From Mytilus californianus (lineage: Eukaryota), in assembly GCF_021869535.1 (NCBI RefSeq), contig NW_026262745.1, positions 24,180,001 through 24,244,000 of the forward strand: 64,000 bases of DNA. Direction: 5' to 3'. The notes below the pieces were generated by a model. The model did not search any database, was not told the origin of the DNA, and was given only the letters and a program-made list of their open reading frames with translations. Positions within the stretch are counted from its first letter, which is position 1, and the number at the start of each line of letters is the position of its first letter. The translations under genes and the position numbers were made by a program. Of the stretch, positions 11,401-23,019 are shown one piece after another.

Positions 11401-13578
11401 TCCAGTTTGAGTTATTTCCCTTTGCACAGAAAATATTATGGATAAAATTAACCTGTGTTTCATTTCAATATAAATTAAATACATGTATATATAGGGTTCT
11501 TTCAAATGCTGAATCTAAACCTGTATTTGAATATTAGATTTTTGGGCCCAGTTTTCAAGTTGGTCCAAATCAGGGTCCAAAATTAAACTTTGTTTGATTC
11601 AACAAAAATTGTATTTATGGGGTTCTTTGAAATGCTGAATATAACCATGTATTTAGAGATTTTGGATTGTAGGCCCCTTTATCAAATTGGTCCACATTGA
11701 GGTCCAAAGGGTCCTAAATTAAACTTTTGTCTGATTTCATCAAAAATTGAATTATTGGGGTTCTTTGATATGCTGATTCTAATATGTACTTAGATTTTAG
11801 ATATTGGACCATAATAGGTAAATATATGTCCATACTTGCTCAACTGTTCAGGGTTCGACCTCTGCAGGAAAATCCGGTTTGCAGTCACTCTGACAGCCTC
11901 TTGTTATATAATAAATCGTGATCTTTGTCGAAACACCGGCATCTAGGCTGATGCGAATCTCAGGCTAAATGTTCCGACGAAGTATTGTACCTACAAAAAT
12001 TCTAAAGACTGTGTATATCATTTACTGCTATATAATCAGATCTACTTGATTATAATTTAAAGCTCCATCTAGAACAGATTCAATATAAAAGCTATATCAT
12101 GCTCTTTACTCTCCTTTCAATGCTTATGTTGTACTGTAACACCAATGTCCCAGGTTAAGGGGAGGGTTTGGCGCCAGCAAACATGTTTAACTCCGCCACA
12201 TTCTGTATGTGCCTGTCCCAAGTCAGGAGCCTATGATTCAGTGGTTGTCGTTTGCTGCTGTATATCATATTTGTTTTTCGTTTATTGTTTTGTACATAAA
12301 TCAGGCCGTTAGTTTTCTCGTTTGAATTGTTTTACATTTGTCATTTCGGGCCCTTTTATAGCTTACTATGCGGTATGGGGTTTGCTCATTAATGAAGGCC
12401 GTACGGTGACCTATAGTTGTTATCTTCTACGTCATTTGGTCTCTGGTGGAGAGTTGTCTCATTGGCAATCATACCACATCTCTTTATTTTTATATATATT
12501 AAACTGATATTTAAAAAAATATATTTCAGGTGGAACAGCTGATATAACATGCCATCAGAAAGACGCCGAGGGTAGCCTTCGAGAACTACAGAAACCAAGT
12601 GGGGGTTCATGGGGTGGTACGCGTGTAGATGAAGCTTTCAATCAGCTTCTTATTAAAATTGTTGGTGCACATCATTTTAGAACTTTTCAAGAGAAAAATA
12701 AAGCTGATGCATTAGATATCTTAAGAGAAATGGAAACAAAGAAGAGGAACATTAAAAACGACACCGAAGGAAAGGTCACGTTAAAAGTTCCCGTTTCACT
12801 AATTCAGTCATTTGAAAAAGAAACGGGAGAGGAAATCAAAGACGTAATAAAACAGATGGCATATGCAGGCAAAATGACATGGGTTGGAGATAAGTTAAGA
12901 ATGGAGGCAAATCTTTTCCGAGCATTGTTTAATGAACCGAAGACTCAATTGGTAAACCACGTGAAGTCTTTATTGGCTAAAAGCTCATTAAAAGATGCAG
13001 GCACGCTATTAATGGTCGGGGGTTTTTCCGAGTCTCCCATAATGCAGTCGGCAATTAAAGATGCGTTTCCAGACAAGAAAGTCGTCGTTCCAGATGAAGC
13101 TGGTTTAGCCGTTTTGAAAGGTGCCGTTATGTATGGGCACCAACCTCAAACAATTTCCGTCAGAATATCGAGATATACGTATGGAATTAACATTTCTCCG
13201 CCATTTAAATCCGGTGAACATTCCCCAGAAAGACGTGTTAGCATTGAAGGTACAGACAGAGTTAAAGACGTTTTCAAGAAGTACATAGAAGCCGACCAAA
13301 CACTGAAAGTTGGCGAAGCTGTCAGTGGCCGTCACGTCACAATAAAGAAACGCCAAAAAGAAATGCTTTTAAAAATCTTTGCGACTGAAGACAGTAATCC
13401 TCGTTATGTCACAGATAAAGGTTGCGAGTATTTGGGAAAGGTTGTCATCCAACTGCCGGAAGTCGACGAAAAGCTGAAAGTTGATGTGAAAATGATTTTT
13501 GGAGAAACTGAACTTATGGTTGAAGCAAAGGAATCGACCACTGGTTCTACGTACAAATCATTCTTTGACTTTTTATAG
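2440..13578 (+). CDS. HSPA12: HSPA12-family atypical Hsp70 (heat shock 70 kDa protein 12A/B-like), intact, 579 aa, 4 coding exons
   Basis: join(2440-2748, 5341-5559, 8513-8675, 12530-13578) = 1740 nt, all GT-AG introns, phases 0/0/1, no internal stop. Motifs: VAAIDFGTTFSGYAFS (phosphate 1), WVLTVPAIW, LEPEAA, YMVIDLGG|GTADI (phosphate 2, split by intron 3), GSWGG, LLMVGGFSESP, LAVLKGAV. No EEVD tail. The DFGTT+SGYAFS, VPAIW and EPEAA signature with introns is typical of HSPA12, not canonical HSP70. Confidence 0.95.
2842..4167. mobile_element. Non-autonomous DNA transposon (MITE-like, 1.3 kb) in HSPA12 intron 1
   Basis: TIRs CAGGGGCGGATCCAG (2842-) and CTGGATCCGCCACTG (-4167), with G-rich subterminal GGGGGGGCGTA motifs. 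Identical 5-bp flanks CTTTA at 2837-2841 and 4168-4172 (TSD). Confidence 0.75.
4455..5213 (+). mobile_element. Helentron-associated non-autonomous element (HINE/pearl-like)
   Basis: Starts in a T-run. 5' subTIR TAGTCCCCTACCG, (GTCT)n microsatellite, four 160-172 bp core repeats (ACAAGTTA anchors at 4611, 4771, 4940, 5112), 3' subTIR ACCGGTAGAGGACTA (5161-5175) and hairpin GTATTGCCAGGCAATAC. Confidence 0.8.
6375..7714. mobile_element. Short TIR element interrupted by a HINE
   Basis: Left TIR GGGACTCGGTTAGCAGATTAAAAAAATTAATC (6375-6406). The right TIR is split by a HINE (GATTAATTTTT at ~6529-6539 and TTTTTAATCTGCTAACCGAGTCCC at 7691-7714). A second, uninterrupted partial copy lies at ~8033-8166. 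Confidence 0.65.
6536..7692 (+). mobile_element. HINE/pearl-like element in HSPA12 intron 2
   Basis: 5' ATGCCCCCGC and 3' GCGGAGGCAT subTIRs, GTCC/GTAC microsatellite, several degenerate ~150-bp core repeats (TTCTCTAACTTTAGTTTGCCTCAACCAAATGTTATGAAACTT), 3' TGTGTCCATATGTGGACA hairpin, inserted in a T-run. Confidence 0.8.
8871..11905 (+). mobile_element. Composite HINE-like element in HSPA12 intron 3
   Basis: 5' subTIR AACCGGATTTTC (8876-) with (GCGG)n microsatellite; matching 3' GAAAATCCGGTT (~11868-11879) plus hairpin GCAGTCACTCTGACAGC. Contains a nested element (9543-10814) and core repeats of another family (10830-11860). Confidence 0.7.
9543..10814 (+). mobile_element. Nested HINE carrying a ~122-bp tandem array
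   Basis: 5' AAGTCTCCC (9546-9554) and 3' GGGAGACTT inverted pair, hairpin GTAACAGCATCCTGTTAC, and about 9 units of ~122 bp (ACCATATATATTCTTGTATGGGACAATAAAACAAATCAAA). The 3' end is shared with the element at 51637-53246. Confidence 0.7.
12124..12487 (+). repeat. Dispersed high-copy repeat family (Penelope-associated/SINE-like)
   Basis: AACATGTTTAACCCCGCC...CTGTCCCAAGTCAGGAGCC...GGAGAGTTGTCTCATTGGC...ATACCACATC. Related copies at ~20570-20682, 22330-22440, 28570-28670, 30772-31060, 32668-32856, 44020-44290, 53281-53760 and 58460-58700. Confidence 0.7.
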
Positions 13579-13847
13579 ACGAGTTGAGCTTTTATATTCG
13601 TTTAACAATTGTTTACAGTGTGATGTTGAGAAAGATAGCGGACGTTGAACGCAATGATAGTAGACATACATTTGAATTATCACTTTGACATTAAAATATT
13701 AAAATTAGGCCGAGATATTCAGTTTTTGAAAAATCTAGCATTTTAAAAAGTTTTCACAGTGACTTTAAACAAAACATCCTTTTACCATTACTCTCCCTTT
13801 TGGTATTTCTCTGTGCACTTTAGATTGCAGTCTTATGTTTCATACAC

Positions 13848-14087
13848 TAAGAGAGGGTCTTGATGGGGTTTACAGAATAGAGAATAATGGAACAATACTA
13901 CAGAATAAGGGGTAAAAAAATAAAGAATAGAACAAAATAGGCAAAAAAAATAAAAAAAAATAAGAATAATGGGGTTTTAGAATATAAAGAATAGCGAATA
14001 ATGGGCAAAAAATATAAAGAATCGAGAAAAATGGCTTGAAAAATTAAAGAATACAGAATTGTGGGACTCCTCATCCAAACCTTCCTA
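13848..14087. mobile_element. Degenerate MITE with internal AGAATA-rich minisatellite just 3' of HSPA12
   Basis: Weak TIRs GAGAGGGTCTTGATGGGGT / ACTCCTCATCCAAACCTTCCT around reiterated AAAGAATA(G) units. Confidence 0.4.
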
Positions 14088-15039
14088 AAAGACCAATATT
14101 TGAATTTAATAAACAACTTTATGGTATGACAACCATACGTCTTCATTTTTTTCGTCCTGCATTTACATGAAAATTTCCCACAGGATAATAAGGCAAAAAC
14201 AGCAATAAACTTGAAATAATAAAGGGAAATATTTTTGGTGGTCACTCTTTCTACCCTTCGTCCTTACAATTGTAATTGTTATTATTTCTCCTCGAAGTCG
14301 ACATGTACGAACCAAGATCCTTAACCTACTAAAATCTTGTAAACTCAATTATGATGGTTTTTGTTGGATTTCGATTTGTTTAAATTGAAAGTCCTGTGGA
14401 AAGAGACCTAAATAGTGGGTATAATAACAACGTATTTCATATAGAACGTAACCACTAGAAAAGTAAGCGTATAATAATATCTCATATTGCACTAGTGCAA
14501 ATAAAGCTTCTTCTAAAGCTTTATTAACGTCGTCAGTGACAACACATATTTTTTAAGCAGTATTTCAATCTAAGCTATTAAATAAAAATGATATTGCATG
14601 AATATTAAGGAATATAATGAATCTTAGGATATATATTGCACTTGCAAGCTCGTGCAATATAAAACTACTTTGAACAATATTCACCAATATTCGTGCAATA
14701 ACTCTTATATTACTACGAGATGTGATAAAGAAATGCAAACTATAGGTCTTCCAGCATTTTACAAACACCCCAATGTCACAAAAGAATAAAAGAAAAAAAG
14801 TAAAGAGTTTTATTTTTTTTTTCCACACCAATCTGACTAACTTGAAAATTATGTCACCATCCAATATCATGTTTCAATTTATACCGACGTATACATTTCG
14901 ATAGGCTTTTAATAATGCATTTGTTTAGGAAACAATTTGTGAATATCAAGCTTCAAAAATTTGGTTAGAAATTCTAATAATTCTTGATAAAAATGCTTCA
15001 ACTTTTTCGGACATATTGCATTCATTTGGAAGATATTTA

Positions 15040-15074
15040 ACCATTATTTACGTAACGAAACAGACACGGTGAGT
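15040..15074 (+). promoter_or_regulatory. Candidate non-coding first exon/donor of MIEAP-like gene A
   Basis: TAACGAAAC (IRF half-site-like) followed by consensus donor ACG|GTGAGT at 15068/15069. Downstream acceptor TTTTTTAG at 16984 precedes the ATG exon. Confidence 0.3.
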
Positions 15075-16026
15075 ACCGAGTATTTAGTTGTGGAATTAGT
15101 GTCAACTATAAAAGGTGTTACATGAAGTGAGAATCGGAGGCACAATTTTCGTGTGAGGTAACAACTAGTAAATTTTGGAGCTCCATGGCAGAGAGAAAGA
15201 GTATGAATAATAGGAGATGTGGGGAACATGTCAATGAGACAGCGAACCAACAACACAAAATTCCAAAAGACATGTAATCATGGCTAACAAACGGTTTTCC
15301 ACAAACAATGCATATAGATTAACGTTGATTAAGTGTACAAACGATAGTTTTTATCCATATTTGTAAATGACCTAATAGTCGATCATCAATGTCTCCCAGT
15401 TTTGTCTTCTTTTATTTTATTTTTTTGGGGGTGAGGGGGGTCATGGAATCTGAAATTGACCCAGACGAATACAAAATTATGAACATCTTTTGAGTAGTTG
15501 AAGTGTATTATATTTTATGATTAGTGGATATGGTTATTTATTTTTTAACTTTAAAAGACTAGCGTCAAAGTAAGTTAATATCTATGATAACGAGTGACAT
15601 ACAATCAGATTACGTCCACGTTCATATTTCACATACTAAATGACCTTCAATTTATAGTATATAATTGACATAAATCATGTATCTTTCAAAAAGATTCAAG
15701 CCACTCTGATCTATATTAAACGCTTCATTGAATAAGATTACGTTTAACGTCCGAGTTTAGTGAGTTCTATACTAATTGGCCTTTAATAATATAGGCTGCA
15801 TCTTTCGAAGTACAGCAGCATCCAAAAACTCTCACATGTTTTATACGTCATTAATTTGTATTAAGTTTGAAATTTAGTTTTATCATATATTTATGAGGTT
15901 CATCACCAATTTGGGGACGTGTCTTGTACACGTACTTTGTTAATTCTAAATAATCACTAAAACAAAAATTTTCTAACTTATTTTCTCAACATGCACCTCA
16001 CTTTTTTCTAACGGTACTTGACTAAT

Positions 16027-16510
16027 AAACCCATCATAGATACCAGGATTAAAATTTTGTACGCCAGACGCGCGTTTCGTCTACAAAAGAATCACCAGTG
16101 GCGCTCGAATAAAATTTAAAAAGGCCAAATAATTAAAGCACGAAGTTGAAGAGCATTGAGGACCCAAAATTCCAAAAGGGTTTTGCTAAATACAGCTAAG
16201 GTAATCTATTCCTGGGATAGAAAATCCTTAGTATTTCGAAAACTTTGAAGTTTGGAAGTTTGGAAAACAGTTATTTTGTTATTATGACCATATCAATGAT
16301 AATTCATGTCCACACAGAAATGCTGACCACTGGGGTGGTGATACTCTCGGGCTCCCGGGGAGAAAACCTCCACCAGAAGTCGCATCGACCAAGTGGTTGT
16401 AAAAGACTCATCTTAGATACCAGGATTAAAATTGTGTACGCTCGTTTCGTCTACAAAAGACTCATCAGTGACGCTCGAATAAAAAAAATTAACAAGGCCA
16501 AGTAAAGAAA
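16027..16510 (-). mobile_element. Non-LTR retrozyme (~370-377 nt monomer flanked by two type I hammerhead ribozyme motifs)
   Basis: Direct repeat TAGATACCAGGATTAAAATT at 16037 and 16414. On the minus strand, copy 2 (16445-16468) reads CTGATGA-GTCT-tttgt-AGAC-GAAA. Copy 1 (16075-16098) reads CTGGTGA-ttct-tttgt-AGAC-GAAA-CGCGCGTC with palindromic helix III and GTC cleavage triplet, followed by TGGCGT complementary to the upstream GCGCCA (helix I). Confidence 0.8.
16438..16478 (-). ncRNA. Minimal hammerhead ribozyme motif (intact catalytic core, cleavage-site segment deleted)
   Basis: Reverse complement reads GAGCGTCA CTGATGA GTCT TTTGT AGAC GAAA CGAGCGTAC: perfect CUGAUGA/GAAA core and helix II, but 7 nt containing the GUC site present in copy 1 are missing. 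Confidence 0.7.
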
Positions 16511-17027
16511 GTATTTAAAATCATTTGGAATACATAGCCTGCGTATCAAACCTTTGAAATTTGACGTTCCCTGCTTCAGAATTGCATGTTGATGGATTTA
16601 ATATTTGTTGAATATCTAAACAATTAATATTTTCGTATGATAAAAGAACATGTCTATTTTTTGTTTAAAATGACAATGTTGTGTACATATTGAAATTTAC
16701 ACATGCGTTAAATACAACTTGTACGTTTTAGTCGATTAAATGTATGTGTGAAACATTGGTTGCAGCATACCAAAGGTCCAGATTACAATCAGAACAAGGT
16801 ACACTCTATAGACACAGTTATGTCGAATGTCTTTTGTTGATTTGTAGTTTAATATTAACAATACAAGAATTATTACAATAACATTCAATAATATTTATAT
16901 AATTTGACATTTTATCTTGATTTGATGGTAGTGTTCCGTCATGGTTTGCTTCTCGTGAGTTATTGAACTGGATGTTTTTTTTAGATAATTGTTATCTTCG
17001 CCAAACACGGTGGAATTATTTGTGGTA

Positions 17028-20000
17028 ATGGCACTTCGACATCAGGTTTGTAATTCAACTTAAAATCATATGTGGAAAGGGGATACTTTATGAAACTTTG
17101 AAACTTTAAGACAGTATGCGGAAATGAAAAAAAACGATTGCATCAAAATGGTTACCGTTACAAAGTTCTGATTATTAGATGAGAACAGTAACATCTAGGA
17201 TTATTCTGTCCTGCTCCAATAAGTTTTACCATATTAATAAAGAGTTGTCAAGAGCACGATAATACATTAATAAAGCAAAATTGTATTTTTTTGTCTTTAT
17301 TGTCGTAAACTTTGACACATTTATTTTTGAACTTCTTGATTCCAGAAAAGTTCCAGTAGTGCATCTTCAAAATCAAGGCGGACGGCAATCATTAGACTCT
17401 TGAGACAAGTCAAAGATGCATATACTATTGAAAAGATCAAACAGGCTAAAGGAGAGTATGAAGGACTACTGGCAGCGGATCAGAGATTTCAAATATACCC
17501 AGGGAAAGTAAGTTGTTGTATTCATATTATAGAATTAAACGTTCAGATTTCTGCATTTATTAACTATAACTGTCGGATGGAATTTTGAAGACATTGGTTA
17601 TGATATGTTTAAACTATAATTACTCCTTCCTTAATTATGTTGTTTATACAATTAGCGATTTCTTATTATCTTTATGCAGCATAAGCAGGCGACGGATCTT
17701 GAACATCTTATTGATTACGTAGAACGTTCATTATTGTTTTATTAATAAATAAAATGAAATGTTGGTTGTACAACAATACTTCCAGAAATCAGCATAGGTC
17801 TTCAACAATGGACATGTGTCACCACTTTTTATTTAATTTCATAACAGCATTTAGTACTTGATGTTTATTTGTCTTTTAGGAATTCTTAGCTGTAGAGAAG
17901 CAGGGTGTGGACAGAATTGAAGCATTAGCTCCCTTGCAAAAACATGCCAATGTTCTATATGAAATGTTAACCACCGATAGAAACGGTGTTCCTGTACAGA
18001 AAGAAGCACAAGATGAGCTATGTCGACTCCTGGTTGTAAAGGAAGCATTTGATCTTATTTCAGCAAAGCAGGTTATAAATTTTATTTCTTAATTATTTTT
18101 TTTTAACTTTGAAGTTTCATGTACGAAGATCATCCTTTATTACGACGTTTTTCTTAATTTAAGCTCGGATTCCTTTTATCTCCTGTACATGTAATATGGT
18201 TATGAGGTGATATTTTTGTGTGATTTTTTTTACCTGGTTAATGTTTATGACGTATGTTGTTTTTTTTTTTTTTTTTATTTTACTATTTCTTCTTCGACTG
18301 ATTGAAATATTTATCTTCGACTGATTGAAATATTTATAGTCGATAATTACACATAAACTGTGTCCTTACAAAAGTTATTATTATACGTTCATTGTTTAAA
18401 TTCAGCAGCTAACTGCATTATAAACATGTTATAGTTAGATGAAAAGAAACGGTCTCGGTTGTGTGAGTTACCAGATACTGTGACTATACCATTAGAAGAT
18501 TATGAAGACATGAGAAGAAAAATGAGACTCCAGAAGCTAGAACTCGATGAATTAAATTCTAGGTAATATTTGCTTATTTTATTCATTACGAATACAAGTT
18601 GTCTTATTGGTAATCATATCACATCGTTAAATTTTGAAATGTTTCGCAAAAGAATATTCAGCGAATGGCATAAAATATAAAAGAATCTTCAATTCATTAA
18701 GATATTCATTCGTATTAAATTTGGCTTAAAGAGAATATATCTGTAGCATGAATTGAAGCACATCATTTTATAGTTTTCCAAGGTCAATAATTCGCGCTCA
18801 TTCGAGTCTACCCAGACAATTGTGAAGAAATTTATAAAACTCTTTTATATTTACATATGTAGGTCAAGTAGAAGACAACACCACGGACATTACATAGAAC
18901 TTGGTACTGGTAATCCCATACGACCTACAAGAATAGGAGATATTTATGATGGTTTGTTTGACATACAATGGCATGAAGCACTTCCAATAGCGATGGGACT
19001 GTATCCAGAAGAATCAGAAGCATTTATATTTCTTAGAGATATGCTTTTGGTATGGTTTATATATATATTAAAAACCTGCAATTTCAGATACATTTTGGTT
19101 ATTTGTAAAATATTGTATTTTACATTTACATCAAAGCTAAGATAAAACCATACGACAGTACAAATAAAATAGAATAAAACAAGTTGAACCGCGAAATGCT
19201 CAATAATGCTATCCCCCTAATATATAAGTATTATGTTAACAGGAAATTGATGAGTGATAAACATGAACATGCATCACATAATATAGCATGCTCAACTGAA
19301 GCTTGATACTAAGTTTCTGGAAGCTCTGATTTGTAATTCATGAGAAAAATGCGACATAAGTTTGAAAGAACAAACGGAAGAAAAAAGTCCACATAACACG
19401 GAACTGAAAAAACAAAGATTTAGTATTTCTAACCACATAAAAAAACGGAAGAGAACGTAGATCCTGCACCACTAAAGGCACCATTCGTCTGGATCGAATA
19501 AAAATCAAGTGTTTTAAAACTTCATTAAACGGAGTACACTAACAAACTTGGGAAGGTAGATAACATCACTTATCTGAAAGGAAATAAGAAAACCTCTGAA
19601 ACTGGAAGCTGTTAAGATTTCCATTATCATGAAAAAGCATACCAATAGTCTTTCAAATACAAAGAAATTGCCTATTTTGATAAACAGAAGATGCAAGAAC
19701 CTCTCAAATATACATTTTATGACACAAGCTATAACATTGGTAAAATGACCCGGTCTTCATGCTTTAAATTTTCATATAAAAAAATGGAGTTAAATAAAAA
19801 CATTTTTTTTAAAGATTATTTTTATTAAAACATATACACTAATATGTCTCATATATTTTAATGTAGAAAGGAAGCTACCTACTGTGTTTTCATTTTAGAA
19901 AGCCTACGACTTTAGTTCAGACATTGCTAGAGACGAACAGGAGAAATTAGTTAGCCATCTTAATAAATCTGTTTTAGAACCTACTTTACACATGGAAGGA

Positions 20001-21088
20001 CAAGTAAGGTTAATCTACACATGACATGATGTTAAATCAGTAGTTTCATTTTGCTTGTATTTGATGTTTGTATATTGCAAACATTTAAGGCTCAAAACAA
20101 AATATCAAGTATATCTCACTCCTCCGTAAATAAGAATTCAAAACTTAAATAACTGTGAGTGTGTTATGTATTTTATTTTCTCAAGAACTGGTACATGCAA
20201 TTGAAAGTATAATATCTCCATTTATATTTGTAGGAATATCGTAAAAGGGCCAAAGATGATGCTGAAGTCACTGAGCAGAACGAAATGTATGCTAAAGAAG
20301 TAAGAAAAGCGACGGCTATGAAATCTTTACCGTCTCTCTTTTCTGTAAGTATGTTTTTTGAAAATTCCTTTTCAGCATTCTAAACCACCTGAATCTGTCA
20401 CATTTACCTTTAAAATATAAATTAGTACTTAACGCAAATATGTTTGTACTGTATATACGGAAGAAGCAGTTACATGCACATATTAAATTTTAACATTGGA
20501 GATATATACACACGCTTTTGCGATTTTATACACATGGTTCTTACGAAAATCGAGAAATTAAATTCGTTCTTATATGGACCAAACAGGCCGTACTTTGACC
20601 TATTATTGTTAACTTTTTATACATTGTGACTTGGATGGAGAGTTGTCTCATTGGCACTCATACCACATCTTCTTATTTATACATACAGGTACACATATTG
20701 GTTTTTTTATGTCCGACTCTCGTTCAGTTTTATTTTTGTCGCAGAGTATTATACTTTACTTTTGTCATTTCACTTTTTGTTTTTATTTCAGCTTTTTAAA
20801 AAGCTCTACCTCCAGGAAAACCTGAACTGGTCCGAATTTCAGCTTGTCGATAGACTAAATAACTATTTGGATAAATGTGTTGAGATAACATGGTTAATGA
20901 GTGTTCATGATCCACCTCTGAGATTTGTATTAGCCAGACGTGATGAGCAAATCGACATGAGTAAATTTATGTATTTTCGGGTAAAAGGCAAGGTGACAGA
21001 ATATACAATTTGGCCGGCACTAGTTTTATATCATGGTGGTCCAGTGATACGGCATGGCCATGTCGTTCCAAAACGGCCTTCCAAATGA
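17028..21088 (+). CDS. MIEAP-domain (mitochondria-eating protein/SPATA18-like) protein A, 399 aa, 8 coding exons
   Basis: join(17028-17045, 17346-17507, 17880-18071, 18435-18562, 18863-19049, 19899-20003, 20234-20344, 20792-21088) = 1200 nt, GT-AG, open frame. Coiled coil ending ELNS-R, then RPTRIGDIYDGLFDIQWHEA, and C-terminal YLDKCVEITWLMSVHDPP...[18 protein letters not shown] matching the SPATA18 C-terminal pattern (recalled: FIQEICCIAFAMQALEPP...VWPALMENDCVIMKG). The start exon is short (MALRHQ) and less certain. Confidence 0.85.
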
Positions 21089-22492
21089 GTTAAAAACAGA
21101 AATCGAAAGTGCAATATAGTATTTACTTGGCTTCAGTCAGTTCAGTGTCTATTAAACATAAAAGGTGTTTTTAAATGTATAAATGTTAGACGGAAATCAA
21201 AAGATCTACAACACCAAAATAACACATCGTGCAGTATTTCAATGCTTATATTATTACTTGCTGGTATAAACAGATATCGAGACTAAATGAATTGTTTAAA
21301 TATCAAAGGGATGTTCTTGTTCCAATAACATTTCATGTGAAATACCATTGGTTCGTCTTGATATAGTATTTAAATTGTATGATTTTGACACTAGAGTTTT
21401 GTGGACAACATCTTAACAAAAATAAGTCAATGTTATTTATTTTTCTGGTTTATGTAAGATATCTTTAACGTGAAAAAAGTTCCATTTGCAATAACAAATG
21501 CATCACTAAATAAGTATAAGTTGCTATAAGTTAAAGGTTACCGTAGAACGTAATGAATGCTATTTCATCGTCACACTCTTTAAAATGTTCATGTATCACC
21601 ACCATTACAGCTTAAGTGTCTGAATTTCATAGAAATGTGTGCATGCCACAGATAGAACCCCACTTGATTGATTCACCAAGTGAAGAATTTTGAAACATAA
21701 TAATGAATATTGACAGATGTATCTGGTCAAAAGATATTGCTGAATTGAACATTTTTTCAACTAGCTATCATGATGTAAGTGCATAGTCTTCAAATTATCC
21801 AAGAAAACATTTCAGTCTATTTTGTTAAACAATTTCAGTTGCAAATGAAGAATTTCAAGAAATTGAATCAGTAATATAGCTGACTGCCTTAATTTGTGAA
21901 AAATACAGCCTCTCTTAAAACTTTCACTGGCACAAAATTCCGGAGTGTCTTTTTTTTTATTAAATGAAATGACAGGACTTCATAAATCTTGACAACGAAC
22001 TTGGAAAATCATATTTGATCCATTTGATTTTTTTTTGGGGGGGGGGGGGGGGAGGGGAGGATTCAGTAATGGTTCAAATTATTTAAATCTGACAAGCCTT
22101 CATGGGACAATTTGTTCATTTTGTTGTGATATATTAATTTAAAATGTGTATTTTTTAAATTTCTACATTTTTCAAAATATGTCGTTTATATTACATATAC
22201 TACACACAATCATAGATACATATTTTGAGTTTTCTTAGTAGAATGGTATATATGAAATCTGATATAACTGAAAAATAATTTTTGATATTGTTTTGCAAAG
22301 TTGAACAAAATAAATATAGAAATAAAGTTATGTGGTGTGATTGCAAATGAGACAACTATCCACCAAAGACGAAAGAACAAGTATGTGAACAATTACAGGT
22401 CATCGTAAGACCTTCAACAATGAACATTACCTATACCGTATAGTACTTTCAAGCTCAACCGTTTTTTTTTTCATTTTGTAATGCATGAGACC

Positions 22493-22628
22493 CGGAATAT
22501 CAGTACTGTAGTTGAAGAGTTTTTGATTTGACGGTGGCAAATATCCGTTTAACTGGCTCCGATACGCGTCGCAATTGAAATTACCAATTGACGACAGCAA
22601 CTCTTCAACTACATTAATGTGATTCCTT
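22493..22628. mobile_element. Small MITE
   Basis: Inverted repeats GGAAT...TGTAGTTGAAGAGTT and AACTCTTCAACTACA...ATTCC(TTA) around ~80 bp. Confidence 0.55.
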
Positions 22629-23019
22629 AAGTATAAGCTATGGAAGGCCCAGGGATGATCAAATGTGAAAATTCAAAGTAGAAAAGTAATAGTTTAATTT
22701 ATCCTAAAAACAACAAAGAATAATTTTAACGCAGACAACCAAGAAACAAATAATATCCAAAGATCGACGAATGGTAGTTATAGTAACTGTTTGATTGACA
22801 AATATAGCAGGGAAACCCAAATACTGGGTGAGTCCATGTTGGTCCATTGAAAAAGCTTTAGTTTTGCTAAAATCATTCGTCATACGATTTGATGTCTCGC
22901 TCTACACTGGATATTAGCTATACGGCATATATTTATGAAGCGAAATGTACAATTAAAGAAAATTGACAACAAAACTAATATAAACACTTTTATTCATTGG
23001 CGTTAATATTGATTCACTT

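Noticed and set aside
13105-13356. Minus-strand 83-aa ORF
   Set aside because: Antisense shadow of the HSPA12 last exon.
2440-13578. Canonical inducible HSP70/HSC70 or bacterial dnaK
   Set aside because: Has DFGTT+SGYAFS, VPAIW and EPEAA rather than IDLGTTYS/TVPAYF/NEPTAA, lacks EEVD, and has spliceosomal introns.
18291-18336. 23-bp tandem duplication in gene A intron 3
   Set aside because: Real, but an ordinary slippage event with no evident consequence.
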